This document shows positions 1 through 14,200 of a DNA stretch of 64,000 nt, in pieces; within the stretch, counting starts at the first letter, position 1, and each line of letters opens with the position of its first letter. Made by a program: the position numbers and the translations under genes. The notes under the pieces were generated by a model that saw only the letters and a list, made by a program, of their open reading frames with translations, made no database searches and was not told where the DNA came from. The stretch comes from Lingula anatina (Eukaryota > Animalia > Brachiopoda). The DNA is taken from the NCBI GenBank assembly GCA_051362555.1, contig CM120640.1, positions 66,380,788 through 66,444,787 of the forward strand, written 5' to 3'.

Positions 1-155
1 ACAGATATCTTTTGTAATATAATTATGCTTCTTTCTTTCCTTATTAATTCAATTCTGCTAATTTTGCTATGGTAAAAAAATCTAGTCACAGAAATGATAA
101 ATAACCCACAGCATATTCCCTGACTGTCTAGTGTAACTTAAGTTGATCACTCTAC

Positions 156-846
156 CTGGTCCAAATCCCACTGCAAATGCTGCTACATATACCATCAATG
201 CTACCATAGACAGCCATTTGGTCCAAGGGGAAACATTCCACTCTGGAGCATCCACTGTCCTGTTTTTCTCTACACTCAATGTGTCAGCTGAGTTAAACAG
301 TACTGTAGAATTAGTCTTACCACTTGTGTTATTGTCATCATATATCACATCAACCCCCATGACTAAAGGTGGGTAATTACTTCCTGATGAGTTCATGTCC
401 CGTCTCTCTCGCTGTGCTGGTATATGTGTTGTTGAGACTGGAAAAATGTCAAAACCAGCTGCAAAAGCTGGAGATTGGCTGGAGAGATTCCCTATCTCAG
501 GTCCAGCTCCACTGGTCACTGGTTCACAGCCCTGGTACCTGGACACCCCTGGACTGGTCAGGTTTTGATTTTGGCACGGACGGACATCTCTATGAGGCAA
601 GGAGAGAGTGCCTACACCCAGCAGAAATATGCTAATTCCCATACAGCAGCCACCAAACATGAGGAAGGTCCTCCTTCCTGTCCTGTCAACAGAGAGCAGG
701 GCACACACAGTGGCCAGGACCTGGAAGGGGACATCACTAATAGTAGTAGTAGTAGTAGTAGTTTAGTACACCAAGGCAACATAACATTTAAAGGTAAAAA
801 GTAAAATAGCACAATTTTTAAGTACAAAGAACCAATTCACTTTCTA

Positions 847-890
<44 letters not shown>

Positions 891-3800
891 TTCTTAATGT
901 AATAGAAGGCCTGCTGACTACACTCAATAATAGAAACTTGACATGGAGGAGAAAAAGCACTTTTGCTGAAAACTCAACTGTACTGTGATCATAAGTAAAA
1001 ACAGTTATTGCAATGTAGCATTACACCAGAATAATAAAAATCACACACAATATCAAAGGTTCTTTAAGGCAAGCACAATGATGTGATCAAATGGTAAAAT
1101 TATCCAATTTCCATTTTTCTTTTTCATTTGAATACTACAGCTGGTTGAATCAAAATATTTTAACTAAACATTTTTAACTATATCACAGATGTGTGTGTGT
1201 GTGCTAGTGTATGTCCACATGAAAATAAACTGACATACCTTGATAACACCTAGTCCAACAGTGGCCAAAGTAGCTGATGTGTCACTTTCAAAGCCAATGG
1301 ACAGAAATATAGTTGGTGCATAGTATAACACATTGGGTTGACCAGTGAACTAGAAAAAATATTCTTATAACTTTACAAAACATAAATGAAACAAATAAGG
1401 ACCATATAATCACCAAATTATTTTAGTCATGTCATTTTAGGTGGGTTTAAATTATAAACTGTTATTATTTTGTCACCCTATGTAACAATCACCATATATA
1501 TACTACAGTGTACAAGTGATAATGACAGACTCAGTCAACATGTTGAATTGTGTTGTACCTGTTGAAAAAGAACCAATCCACAGCCAATAAGGAGCCTGCC
1601 TCTCATGTTGTCTGCTCCTCGGAATAGGTCAAAGAAACTTTGCTGCTAATTAAGGACATTAAAAAATTTTAATCATAAGAATTCAGTTGTATTTCACATA
1701 CAACAGCAATTTCTATAGCATCAAAATTAAAAAGGTGAGAACACTGTATAAAAGATGTCTGGAAATAATAATTCTTCCTAAAAAATGTAATGGATACTTA
1801 AGCAAAAAAAGACATCCAAGTAACATCATTAAATGCAATAAGTTTCTTAATCATTATGTCAATGACAGACTGCTGAACTAACCCCATCTTTGTTAACAGA
1901 TGCCTTGATGGCATTCCACTCAACAGCTACATTGGAGTAACCTCTAAGCTTTTGTAAAACGTCCTGAGCCTGAAATGAAGACATCTTTATCAATCAAAAT
2001 TATGGTGAGAAGAATCAAATTAATTTTTTATCCTTTCCTTCTTATTCACATTCTATTTATAAACTTTGAATTTAAACAAAAAAGCAGTAACAGCATTTGT
2101 TACTCTAAAAAAATATGTCAACCAGAACAACAGACACATTCTATTACAAAAAAAAAGACAAAAATGTCAAACTACCTGTTGTTCTTTTCTCTTCAGCATC
2201 AAGTGTCTGGGACTAGGGGGCAGGAAGAACATACCAATGCCCTGGACCAAGGCAGGGACAATGGATAAAGCAAACATATATCTCCTGTAATAAAACCATC
2301 TTTACTCCTCAGCCAAAACTATCGCTGTTTTATAATAATATAGATAAATAAATACTACTGACAATTTCTTCATGTTACTTTATCAGTCTGACAGTTTGTA
2401 TATATCTTGCTATTGTGCAAAAGCTAACATTAATTTTTTTTATTTTAACATACTCTAATATCATATATTAAATTATTTCTAAAATTAAATGGGTATTACA
2501 TATCATTTCTATATTTTTTCATCATTTTAATATCCAGACAACTGAGCAGTTGCACAGAATGTGCAATGCTGTATGTATTCAATAGGGCCTATACACAAAC
2601 ATTTGATATATTTCAGTTATGCCTACCATCCAGCTCCAACACAGATGAATAGATAGTTGACCAAGTATGCCAGCAACAGCCCTACAGTAATTCCCAGCTC
2701 ATTTAAAGACACTAACAAGCCACGCTTGGTCTAGAAAGGAGATACATGGGTCCATATATAGAACAGGTCCAAGGACTAAATGACAACAAATATGAAATGA
2801 TGAGGAAATCTAATCTTTGCATCAATAGTAAGACGAGACATTTGCATTATAAACAAAAACTAAGCTTTAAAATAATTAAGACTTTAAAATACTGATTTAG
2901 AGATGTCACTGTATAAAAAGATTTCATACTGTTTTAGCATCAGTTTGATTATCAAGACAAAGCACTGGTTAACACAAGTATTGTAATATTTTTAAAAGTG
3001 AAATAAACAAATATGCAGATCTATAGAGAGATCCATAAATAAGTTCTTTACTTCTGACAGTTATGTCGCTCATCCAAAAACAAACCCTGCGCATTTATTG
3101 AAAAAAGAAATCTCACAATATTTTACAGTTTAGATGTTTACTAATATTGACTAATCATCATTTATGAAAGTGGTATAATTTAATTACCGGTGGAGCAATT
3201 TCTGATATGTATACACACTCTCCAATGGCTGATAGAGAAACAGCAAATCCTACAACTAGGCGACCTACAATCTGGAATCATTTGGTTTATTCAAATAAAA
3301 ACACAAACACACAAGTCGATTTTCTAAATATTTAAAGAACTGTTACCGTTTTGATATAAATAAAACAACAGATGTTCAAAGCTACAAAAGTTAACAATCT
3401 TTCAATTAGTATTTCACCTGTAAAAATAAATTTTGTTATTTTGAAGTTAACAATGGTTCTAAATTATAAGAAGAAACTTAAGAAAAAGTTGCTAAAATAA
3501 AAAAAAACACATAGCATGAATATTCAACTTAAAAGATTACTAATAACATTATATTCTTACCAAGACTGAATAATTAGGAGATAAAGCCAACACCAGAGCA
3601 CCAATGATGAAAATACCAGCATTCACCATGATGGCATATCTTCTCCCAAAGTAATCAACAATAAAACCTGCAATAAAAAAATACAAAATGTAAACTGTTA
3701 GGTTCACCGTGGCAATAGGCCAGCTGAGATTATTACAAAGTAAAGGAAAGGAAAGGAAAGAATCTCTATCAATGACCTATATCAGATTTAATATATATAG

Positions 3801-5527
3801 AAATAATTCTGCAATTAATATATTCTGTCTTGAATTATGTTCATTGCAGGAGAAAACTCAAATACAGTAAGATGTAACTGTTCATAATAATAGAACCAAA
3901 AGCCTCCTTTATTTTACACACCAAAGTCAATATAATCACTATTCAAGAGAGTATTATGACTTGCCTCCAGATAGTGATCCTATGACAGCCCCCAGAAGCA
4001 TGGTGCTCACCACCAGTTCTCTCTCTATACAGGATAGAGAGAAATCCACCTTGAGCTGGAGCAGAGCACCTGAGATTATCCCTAAATAACAGGTGATGGA
4101 TTACAATTTAAATAATATGATATTATGTAATGGATAATAATAATAATAAATAACACGGTATGATGTAATGTATTAAAATAAATAACACAATAAGATGTTA
4201 GTATGGCAGCCTGAGAATGGTAACTCTGAAGGATGAAAAACAAATATATATGCGTATGTCCGTTTTCATCCAGGTAATGTACACTCAAGAATCAAAAGTC
4301 AAAGGATTATATTGGCATTTTCAAGCCAGTCTTTAGCTATCTGGGCCAATCTCTAAACAAATCTCTCACGTAAGTGATTCCAACCCTGGGCACTGATGCA
4401 GCTGACAAGTTTCTACGATGTGGCTGAAATCAAATAACTTCATGGAAAGACTGTTGAGAGATTGGCCCAGAAAATGTAGAGCTGAGAACCACCATGAGTG
4501 AAAGAAGCATCTGCCTTTTACATGTATTAAAATCCTGGTGCCCACATCAAGTGCTGCTGCTGACTTGATGATGATTATGATGATTTACTAAATAAATAAG
4601 ATAAGATAATATTTGAAGCTAGAGTAACATGGCAATAAGATTTCAGTGATTTCATATGTAATACACCAATATGAGCAAACTGAATTTCAGCATGTCTCCC
4701 ACTACCTTTTGCAACTGTGGAACAATGGAAGGCATAAAATACTTACAAAAGAAAACAATGAGCTGAATGATAAGTAATGCCAGGGTCCCTAATTTAAAGG
4801 AGCTCAGAGATAATTAAAGAGTAATTGCATACCTTTAGCTAACATCAGATATGTAATTTAAAGGTAAATTGGAATCAATGCTTTGTGTGGTCAGCAAGAT
4901 AAACCACACACCTTACACATAAATTTAAAAACTTTTGCTTTTGACAATCCTGGAAAGTACTTCACTATGGAAAATCAGCACTGCACTTGCTAGGCTGCCA
5001 TAATGATTATTTTTGACATTTCCTTCAAATCCTGCAATATCTTCCTTGATTTTATGTTAAGTCACAAGACTTTAGGCTACCTTTGATGATCCCCATTAAT
5101 TTTCTTTCCAATCTTTTTAGTGTAGACTCTAGCACAAAAGGAGATATCTAAGAATGTAAAATATGGGTTTTAGGAACTAAGATCATACTAGAGATAGTCA
5201 TATCAGCAGTAATTAAATTAAATCAGCTCAATCAACAGATGTTATTGCATATTACTGGTATACACAAGAACTTGTTAGACCCGTTTCTGGTCCAATCTTG
5301 GAACACTTACCCACATCATATCCAAATAACACACCTCCAATAGCTGCCATAAAAGAAGCCACAAAGACATAGATACTGTTGCCACCATCAGGTGGTGCTG
5401 TTGATGGTGCCACACTGGTACCAATGCCATTGCCACTAGCACCATCTTCATTCACTCCAAGTGTCACGTTCTCTCCTTCATGCTGATTGGTAGAATATGA
5501 AGCCATATGCTCTCCTTGTCTATCCAT
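156..5527 (-). CDS. SLC2A10: Facilitated sugar transporter, class III GLUT10/GLUT12-like (MFS); multi-exon, 3' end lies outside the window
   Basis: Minus-strand exons in consistent phase: 5527(ATG; acceptor at 5541)-5311, 4081-3965, 3667-3561, 3271-3188, 2730-2627, 2284-2176, 1969-1883, 1645-1559, 1349-1239, 720-156. Translation has sugar-porter motifs [79 protein letters not shown] and FAVGFGP, plus the long TM9-TM10 loop of class III GLUTs. SLC2A10 versus SLC2A12 orthology is not resolvable by eye. Confidence 0.9.
740..762. repeat. (TAG)n microsatellite
   Basis: Direct reading. Confidence 0.85.
847..887. repeat. (TATC)n microsatellite
   Basis: About 10 TATC units. Confidence 0.9.
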
Positions 5528-6716
5528 GACCAAGAGTTCAGCTGGAAAATATTATAATTTTTAATCCATTTCATCTTCTTTCTTTACATTGAACTAAAGA
5601 AAAAAGAAATTAATATAAAAGCATGCAAACACTTTTTTGTAATGTCACACCCTAAGATGGGTTTATAAATTCATCTTTAATTGTGAAGAGTTTGCAGAAT
5701 GAAGTGCAGACATGGGGAAAACTGCCAGTCTGACAGGACCTGAAAAGCCAGAGGACTGGATTTTTGATAATGCAAGTCCTCTGGACCGACAAGATTTATG
5801 TGAAAATACAGCAAATAAAAATAACTCACATGTAAACATTTGCTTATGGAAAATAATACCGAATTCGGACCAGCACAATTTTGGGAGGACCTGCAGATTT
5901 CCTGTAGCCCAGGTCCTCAGGACCTTCAGTATCTCAAAAAAATTTCCCCATGTCTAGAAGTGTTCCATTTAGAACACTAATGCAACAACACAGGAAAATA
6001 CACAATGCTGAATCAATACCAAGTGGACTTGTGTGTGTAACATGTGACTGTTAATCTTGGTTTCATCTTTAATAGATGTATGTTTCATATAAGAAGAAAT
6101 TTGTTAAATCCATGTCCTTAAGAAACCATCTGCACTAAAATGACAAAGACCGGCACAAAACTACGAATATTATCCCAAGACAACCATCTCATCAACTTAC
6201 CCTTATCTTCTACGTATACGTACACACAGTTTTATATATGCATGCAACTTTCCTAAGCTAATACCAGATATGAGTATATCACTGGCAATGAAAACCAGCA
6301 CCATGGAAAATGTATGGATCATATACTAGTATGTACATTTACATGCAAAAAATATTCCATATTTGACTGTCTCTATCAAGTTAAATCATACTAGTGAAAA
6401 AAGATGTCTGTTTATCTAAACCAAAATCATCTATAAAACTAAACAACAAAATAATGCAATTAGGATATGTAAGGGATATACAGTTTGCTATTTCAAAAAT
6501 TTTCAATTTCTTTTCCCTACATATTTTAAACCATTCTCCTAGAATACAAACATTTTTAAAATAATTATATCTACCTGTGTCAGACAGAGATTCTTGGGAG
6601 TTAGATAGTGCTTCCATATGTCAAGCATATCATGTAGGGTTAGCACCACTCAAGCCCAGCATACAGCACCATATCGTGGTATCTATTATGAAATAAAAGC
6701 AGCTGGCTTTTAATAC

Positions 6717-6719
<3 letters not shown>

Positions 6720-6755
<36 letters not shown>
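6720..6755. repeat. (TA)n microsatellite
   Basis: Direct reading. Confidence 0.9.
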
Positions 6756-6757
<2 letters not shown>

Positions 6758-6967
6758 GCTTATTCCCATTGAAAGTATCAGTCTCAATAGATTAATTGAA
6801 GTCCACAAGGACTTTCGCTAATTGCAATCAGTTTAACAGATTAAGACGCCCCCAATCTGTTTTCAATGCCAGGAGGCATGTTAATATGTCACACTGATTA
6901 AATTTTGGAAGAGTCCCTACACAGTTGGCTGGTCTATGTAGACCAGTAGTTTCAATGGGAATGAACC
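6756..6967. mobile_element. Putative MITE, about 210 bp
   Basis: Imperfect terminal inverted repeats GGGCTTATTCCCATTGAAA ... TTTCAATGGGAATGAACC; a similar end (GTTTCATTGGGAATGAACCC) recurs near 39354. Confidence 0.5.
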
Positions 6968-7294
6968 GTACAAAGCATTAGTTGGGATAATATTAAATGA
7001 ATCTACAAAAATTTTATGTGATTCTGCATACAAAAAGCTTTTTTAGCAAACACTTTGCAATTAAATAATAGTAATGGTATTGAAAATATGAACCCGACAC
7101 TTGTTCAATTGATAATAAAATAAGCATAATAAGCATAATTCCAACAATGAAAAATTAACCACACAAATATTGCAAACATCTCCCCCCCCCCCCCCCCCCA
7201 AGCAGGGAATTTCACCAACAGCACTCCTATTCTTCACATAATATTCCTCTCTCCTCTTGCTGAGCACACACACACATGCATGTACACATGCATC

Positions 7295-7297
<3 letters not shown>

Positions 7298-7337
<40 letters not shown>
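7298..7337. repeat. (CA)n microsatellite
   Basis: Direct reading. Confidence 0.9.
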
Positions 7338-7338
<1 letters not shown>

Positions 7339-8021
7339 AGGCTCATAGGCAAGGGGGATTGGGGGTGTTTTAAAAGATCTGTCCAATTGGCCAAAAAAGT
7401 TTTTGAATCAATTTTATTGTAGGTTGTATGTCTTCTCTCAACTTAGGTCAACTATATATGGGTAAAATGGTTCACTCTTTGAGAAAACCAAAAGAAATCT
7501 CTGAAATGGTTGGCTAGTACAGCCTTGTACAAACACATCAAACCCGCCACCACCACCACCTACACCACCACTACATGCCCCTCAAATTTCAATCTAAGCT
7601 GTGAAGTTTAGGGGATGGAAATCAAGCTGGGCAACTTCTTTATCGACTCATTTTTAAAAAGAAGTTTTCAAAAATTAGAAAACATGGTGGCGTTAAATTA
7701 AGTATACTGTACATATCTCTTTTCATCCAAATGTGATAGCTTAAAACTTCAAACTGTTTATTCAACCTCAGATGTGTAGCAATCATTGTACCAAAATACG
7801 AGTCCATATCAGGGGCGGATCCAGAGATATCTTTCTGACAGTATCATAAAAGTGCCCACCAGTACCTGCACGTACTTGTGCAGCGCCCCCCCCCTCCCCA
7901 CCTAGAAGTTTTTTAAAAACTCCCAATTTTTTTACTGTGTAATAAATTGCTCCAAAGTATCCAACCGGCAGTAATTACATGACAGTTGGATGAATAATAC
8001 TGAATGCATAAGTTCACTTAC

Positions 8022-8246
8022 CATGAAACCAGTGTGGACAAAAAGAGCAGTCGCACCTACACCTTCCGCTACCACTGTTCTGCCACAGATGTTTACGTGC
8101 CACAATCCGGCCGTCAATAGATGGCACCACATTTGCCTTTTACGACAAATTTTATGATAAACAAGGCAGTTTGCGGCAGCTGTTAGTTTAAAACGTACGG
8201 CACACACGCGAAGTGCCCACGACTGTCCACTATCCAGCCGAGCACC
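8022..8246. promoter_or_regulatory. Probable bidirectional promoter between the transporter (minus) and PTER copy 1 (plus)
   Basis: Locally CpG-rich stretch in CpG-poor surroundings; minus-strand donor ATG|GTAAGT at 8022/8021; PTER ATG at 8247. Confidence 0.5.
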
Positions 8247-11200
8247 ATGTCAGGATTGAGTGGCAAGGTTCAAACCGGTAAGGAAAAAGCAAAACGAGTT
8301 TACCCCTTGACAGAAATCCCTGAAATATCTGCATAAGGTGCATATGATGATGCCCTTTTCTTTTGGCACGTACCTTACCTGAGGAAAAATACCACAGTGC
8401 GTTAGTAAGCACGGAGTACTGGTACCAACATGTGCATTTATTTGCATGTAAGGCCGATAACTGAGGCAAATGCCACATAAAATAGCCCTTTATGGTACTG
8501 AATTTTTTCCAATGCCATATTTTAATGTCTAAATTTCCTGCAAAGTAGTATGTGTACATAGCCCATGTGTTAACTTACAGGCCGGGTGTACCTCAGTTTT
8601 CGGCCTTACATGTAATGTAGGTACCCTTACTGTGAGCATGTGAGGCCGAAAACTGAGGCAAATGCGTTTACACTCCGATTGACGATTTTGGTATCTACAT
8701 GTACGCTGTGTTGACACAGTTAATAAATATCAAAATCGTCAATAAGTGTAAAATACGTTTAACATACTGTACATTAAAAGAGCCCAGCTAAACATTTTTC
8801 CAAAAAAAACTTCTTTTTGGGTTTACTGGGTATAAAACTAGCCCAGTTGCCCACCCTTCATTTTTATTAACTATGTTTCATTGTCAGTTATTTATAAGGT
8901 GGAAAGAAAAATAAGGTTTAATGTAAAACACAAAGTTGTCAATTTATATGCAGGATGTGCTTCAACAGAAATTGAGACTTGCCTTCGTGACCTACATCTA
9001 TACAAGCTTGATTTAGTTTCTTTCTTGCATATATTCTTATGCTTGAAGTCTTTGTATAAGTAAAGATTCATAGCCCATTTGCCATTCTCTGTGATAGAAA
9101 TATCACATCTTGCTTGGATATTAGAAAAATAAGAAGTGTTTTTTCATGCGCTATCAGCCAGTGTCTGAGACACATACGGGTATACTGTAGCTAAAGGGTG
9201 TAGGGTTTTGGGGATTAACAGTGGTCTTGATAGTTAAGCAGCAGTATGTCTCTGATACTGGAAGAAGACCTTTATTGAAAAAGAACATCAGTTTTGCTGT
9301 ATGAAGAATGCCTATAATTGGGTATCTGCCATCTGCCACCTGCGTGGATCATTGCTGGTACCATGTACCAGAACTACATAGGTGGGTATGGTATTTTGTA
9401 TAACTGCATTGCTCATGCTTGCATGCCTATTTACATTACAGGTTTTACTAGATACATACAGTATGTGAAATAGCTGATTTTGGTAACGTTTTGGCCTGTG
9501 AGGCACCCATACCTCATGTCTTTTTTGCAACCCCACAAAATTCCTTTATGCTTCAGTGATTACTGTTATAATAATATTTTGGTCATGCTATATTAGTAGT
9601 TAGAAGCACCCATATCAGTCTTTTCAAAATACCATTTTGAACACATGGTCAATAAGTAAAATTATGAAAATCTCACTTGGGTCTGGCATAAATAAAAGCA
9701 ACTTTGACTGGCCTACCCAGTAATATCATTGTTCTTATTAATTGAATCCTATACTAGAGGAGATGAAAAGAAGTGCTGAACACAATATAGACATAATTCA
9801 CTGCTGAAATAAGTTTTATATTTGTAAAGAATGCATTCTGAACTTTTCCTGTCAGGATCTCCATTGCCGAGGGGGTAAATTGAATATATTGTGCATGCTA
9901 CAGGACAACTCGTGATCAGTATTGTTTTAATGCACTGAATACTTGTAGGTTCAAACTCCTTCGAGATGTGGGAAACTGTAATGAATATGTATCCCTTTTT
10001 GACCTTTTGACATACTATACCTATCACCAAAATCAGTTGTATTTTGGGCAAGAGGATATGTTGATTGAACACACAAACTGATATTTGTTTAATGAGAGTG
10101 TTATCTTCAGTTGTGAGTAAATCTGTGGGAAATGTGTTTACCTTCATCAGGGTTATCTTGAAATAAACTTAGGTTATCTATAGATAATACATAAATATAA
10201 GTACAGCTGTGTTGTGTAATGTTGGACCAGTTAAGAGCTTTGCACAGTGGAGAGGATTAGCATGGCAATAGCAGCTTAAATCAGTCAGTAATATCATATC
10301 TTCTTTGGATAGCACTAATGTGCATTCCCATATGTGAGAGCTCTATGTTGAAGCAGTATTACACTGCCAAAATAATGTAATTGAAACAATTAGAGGCTTC
10401 TATATCCTTTAATATTACAATGCAATGCTTGCAAAACAATTGCTTTACTCAGGGTTAGAAATCTACAATATGTTAAATTTCATTTGTGTCTGAGATGGAG
10501 ATAATGTAGGTTTTTTATGCATGCTGGTATTTTTAGATTGGCTTTTTTTTTTCATTGGTTACCATGCTAAATCTGACACATAAAATAAACTTTGTATGTT
10601 TGTTCCAATTTGCATGGGACTTGCATGGATACTGTATTCTGTTCAGGCATTTTAGTTTTATGTAACTTATCAGATCTGATACAGATGCATCTTTCATAGT
10701 CAAGTCTTCCGAATAGATTCCATGCAGCCACAACACACATAAAGGATACCCACCAAACATTCACAGTTGCTGAAAAACCAACTCATAATGAAAACAAAAC
10801 AGTATACTCAATATACTAATATTGACCTTGAATTTAGCTGTTGCAGTACAAGGTACGTGGAAAATTTTTCTAATACAAAGACATCTTTTAGTGCTCCAGC
10901 ACAAGGTCATTGCCACTTGCTTTATATATATATTCACCAGCTGCATTCATGCAGCCTGACACCTTGTGTGCTGACATTGGCATACCCAATACTGTGGTGC
11001 AGTACTGTGGTACGTGGTGTTTTAATAGTAGCTGGGAAAGTGTTACTCAAACAGCTTACTGGAATGTTGTTAACATGTGGTACCAATAAGTCTGTAATCT
11101 TGTCCACTTATCTATATTCTTTCATAATTACTCAGTCATGTTACATGTGTTTTATTTAATAGCCCGATTATTTTTAGCATAACATTATCTAACGTGTGTA

Positions 11201-14200
11201 TACTCACATTTAGGATCTTAGGGTGAGATACGGTATGTGTTTTGATGAAACAAACATTTCAAAAAAGAAAGCAAGGAATAAAATCAGTTTCCTTCTCTTT
11301 ATCTAAGTTTATACCTGTTTCATAAATTTCCAAAAATATTACTTTGACAACAAGTGTTTTTATATTACAGTATTGGGTTGTATTGAGCCGTCTCAGGTGG
11401 GGATATGCCACACCCATGAGCACCTGTCTATGACTTATGACAACTACTATCGCCCACCACCTTCTGGCCATGAGGACAATGTCACGCTGCCATTCAAAAT
11501 GGAGAATCTGGGGTGGATTCGCCAATATCCGTAAGTTAGAGTGTTGTTGTATATTGATGATAAAAATGCTTTTCAAAATACAAAAAAAAAAAAAACATTT
11601 ATGAATATAATGAGTAAAAGTGTTATTTTTAGACTTTTTCTTTTTAGTGACTAAATAATGTGAATGGACTTATATGTGACTTTTGTTTTTAAATAATTTG
11701 CACAATGCCATATCTGGTATATTCCAGCTATAGCTGCAAGGCAAATTTGCGTTTAAATGATGAAGAGGCAAACACTGGCATCATTGAGGAATTAAAGGAA
11801 TTTAAGGTATTGTTTCAAGATGTTATTTTAACAATGAGAGTTGACAAATTAGCAAATTAGTCCTGGAGAAGATATTTGTTATAATAAAGGTGTTGGTTGT
11901 TGTTGTTACGATATGCACTACTGTGGTAATGACTCAATCTCTTCAGTGGGCATATTATCAATCCTTCAGATGCATCATTTTATAATCACAAAAATATGCT
12001 TCTGTATAGCATATGTGGTGTTTAATTTTATTACATAGAATAGAACTACACAGTAGCCTGCTTTTTTATTTTGTTGCCATCACTAAATAGAAATCTTTTT
12101 ATTTTAAGAAAGTATGACTTAAAACAAACAGTATGTGTAAAATTCACAATTTTCCCTTATTGAAAAGATGGAGTAATTACCTTACCTGTATCTTGAGTGA
12201 AACTTTTGCCATATCTTAAAGTAAAATATTGAGGGTGTTTTGGCTGTGAACATTATTCCGATCCTACAGATGTTTAGATGTTGTAAGTAAGTAGCTGGAT
12301 CTGGTTATGTAATCTCATACTTACATGTACACATACTCATTCTCCCAAAAACTGCCAAATTGATTTCTGGACAGGTTCAGTAAAAGGTGGTCAACTTGTT
12401 ATATTCAAAACTTCACAAATTTACGTCTTAGTCTTTTTAAGGTAAATCCTAACCTTGAAATGAAAATTGATTACATTTTCTGGAAAATTAAATCAAACGT
12501 CTATTAACTACAGGTATTTATCTCTGGGAAGATGCATGTTATTTATTTAATTATATATTTACTTAAAATTATTTATTCATTTATTTATTTTAAAGATATG
12601 TTTAAAGTGATAATAACTCTTTGTATGAGATGTATATTTCACAATAAAAACATTGTGAATAACTCATAGAAATATAATATATTCTGTTTTACCACAAAAA
12701 CAGCAGTTATAGCTATTATTCTGATATCTGAGCTTGTCTTCAGACCACGTGACCTCCATTGATAGCTATACTCTGTTAAATTCTCTTAAGAGATTTTAAC
12801 AAAAAACCAAACTTTTTAGAAAAAAACCAGGGACTAACTTTGAATGTAAAAATGGATTCATTAACCATTGATAAGTATGGGAAAATTGTTGTTTACTCCA
12901 GGAAAATTCATTTTTTGGCCGAAACGAAGAGTTATTATTGCTTTAATGTTATTAAATGTGCCAGACTTGTCTCATTTTCACTGCCTTTCCTTTATATGTG
13001 GATGTGTAGTTGTATAGAGAAGAGATTCTTTCTTTTACAGAGACTGGGTGGAGGCACCATAGTGGACAGTACCATCCTGGGGATCAGCAGGGACCTGGCC
13101 TTTCAGAAGAGGCTGGCCACAGAGACTGGGGTCAATATTATTTCTTCTACAGGTAAAGATATAGTGGAAAAAATTTGCCTAGAGCACTGCAATTTTATTT
13201 GATTCATAATATAATTTAAATGCTGATAGAAAACTTTACGTTAAGTGATGGTAGATGATTATTGCATAGGAAATTGGTGTAATAACTGGTGATCTTCAAG
13301 GCGAAATGTAATAATATATCTTCAGCTGTGTTTTTCCCTCTCTGCCAGGTTATTATGATGCTGTCTCACATCCATCTAACATGGACGCCATCACTGAGGA
13401 GGAAATAGATGCCATGATGAGGAATGAAATTCTGGTTGGCTGTGAGGGAACAGATGTGAAGTGTGGATCCATTGGAGAGCTTGGTTGTTCCTGGCCACTG
13501 CAAGGTGAGTGCTTGATTCAACTGTTAGCTAATGTACAGTAATGTTATTATATGTGTAGTTTGGTTGGTTGTTAGCTGGTAACTATACATCTCCATTTTA
13601 CTAAAGGAATGAAATTCACACATTTTTTTTTCAATGCACATCTTTATTGGTTTTAATTACAGTTTTTATAACTATGGTGTCATTCTGGCACTAGGTTATT
13701 ACTCTACAATCATACTCAACTTATTCTTTCTTCTTATTCTGACATGACAGATTTTTAAATGTATTACATAAGCGAAGTGTTATTGATTATTTCAGTCTGT
13801 TTAAAACAGATTTTTAATAAAAATCTATTGATATGTAGAATATTTCTTATATAGCCAATGAAAAGAAGGTCCTCAGAGCCGCTGCGGTAACTCAGACTCA
13901 GCTTGGCTGTCCTGTCATCATCCACCCAGGAAGAGGCTCGAAAGCTCCTGAAGAGATCGTGAGGATCTTACAAGAGGCTGGCGGAAATATTGGGAAGACT
14001 GTCATGTCACACATAGACAGTAAGTGACAGGTTGAGTCAGAAGCAAGTAGAATTTTTATTTAAAGATATTCTTCATGCAAGTTTGGAAAGTAACCCAAAG
14101 TTACATTTTTTAAGAATGAATATCTTGCAAAATTAGTTACAAATCTTTTCCCAGTCCATATATTGGAAATGTTAAAGCTCCCTTGAATAAAAGTACCTGA

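Noticed and set aside
7061-7333. Low-complexity ORFs (MCVCVCV..., also 14663 and 35022-35306)
   Set aside because: Translations of CA and TA microsatellites.
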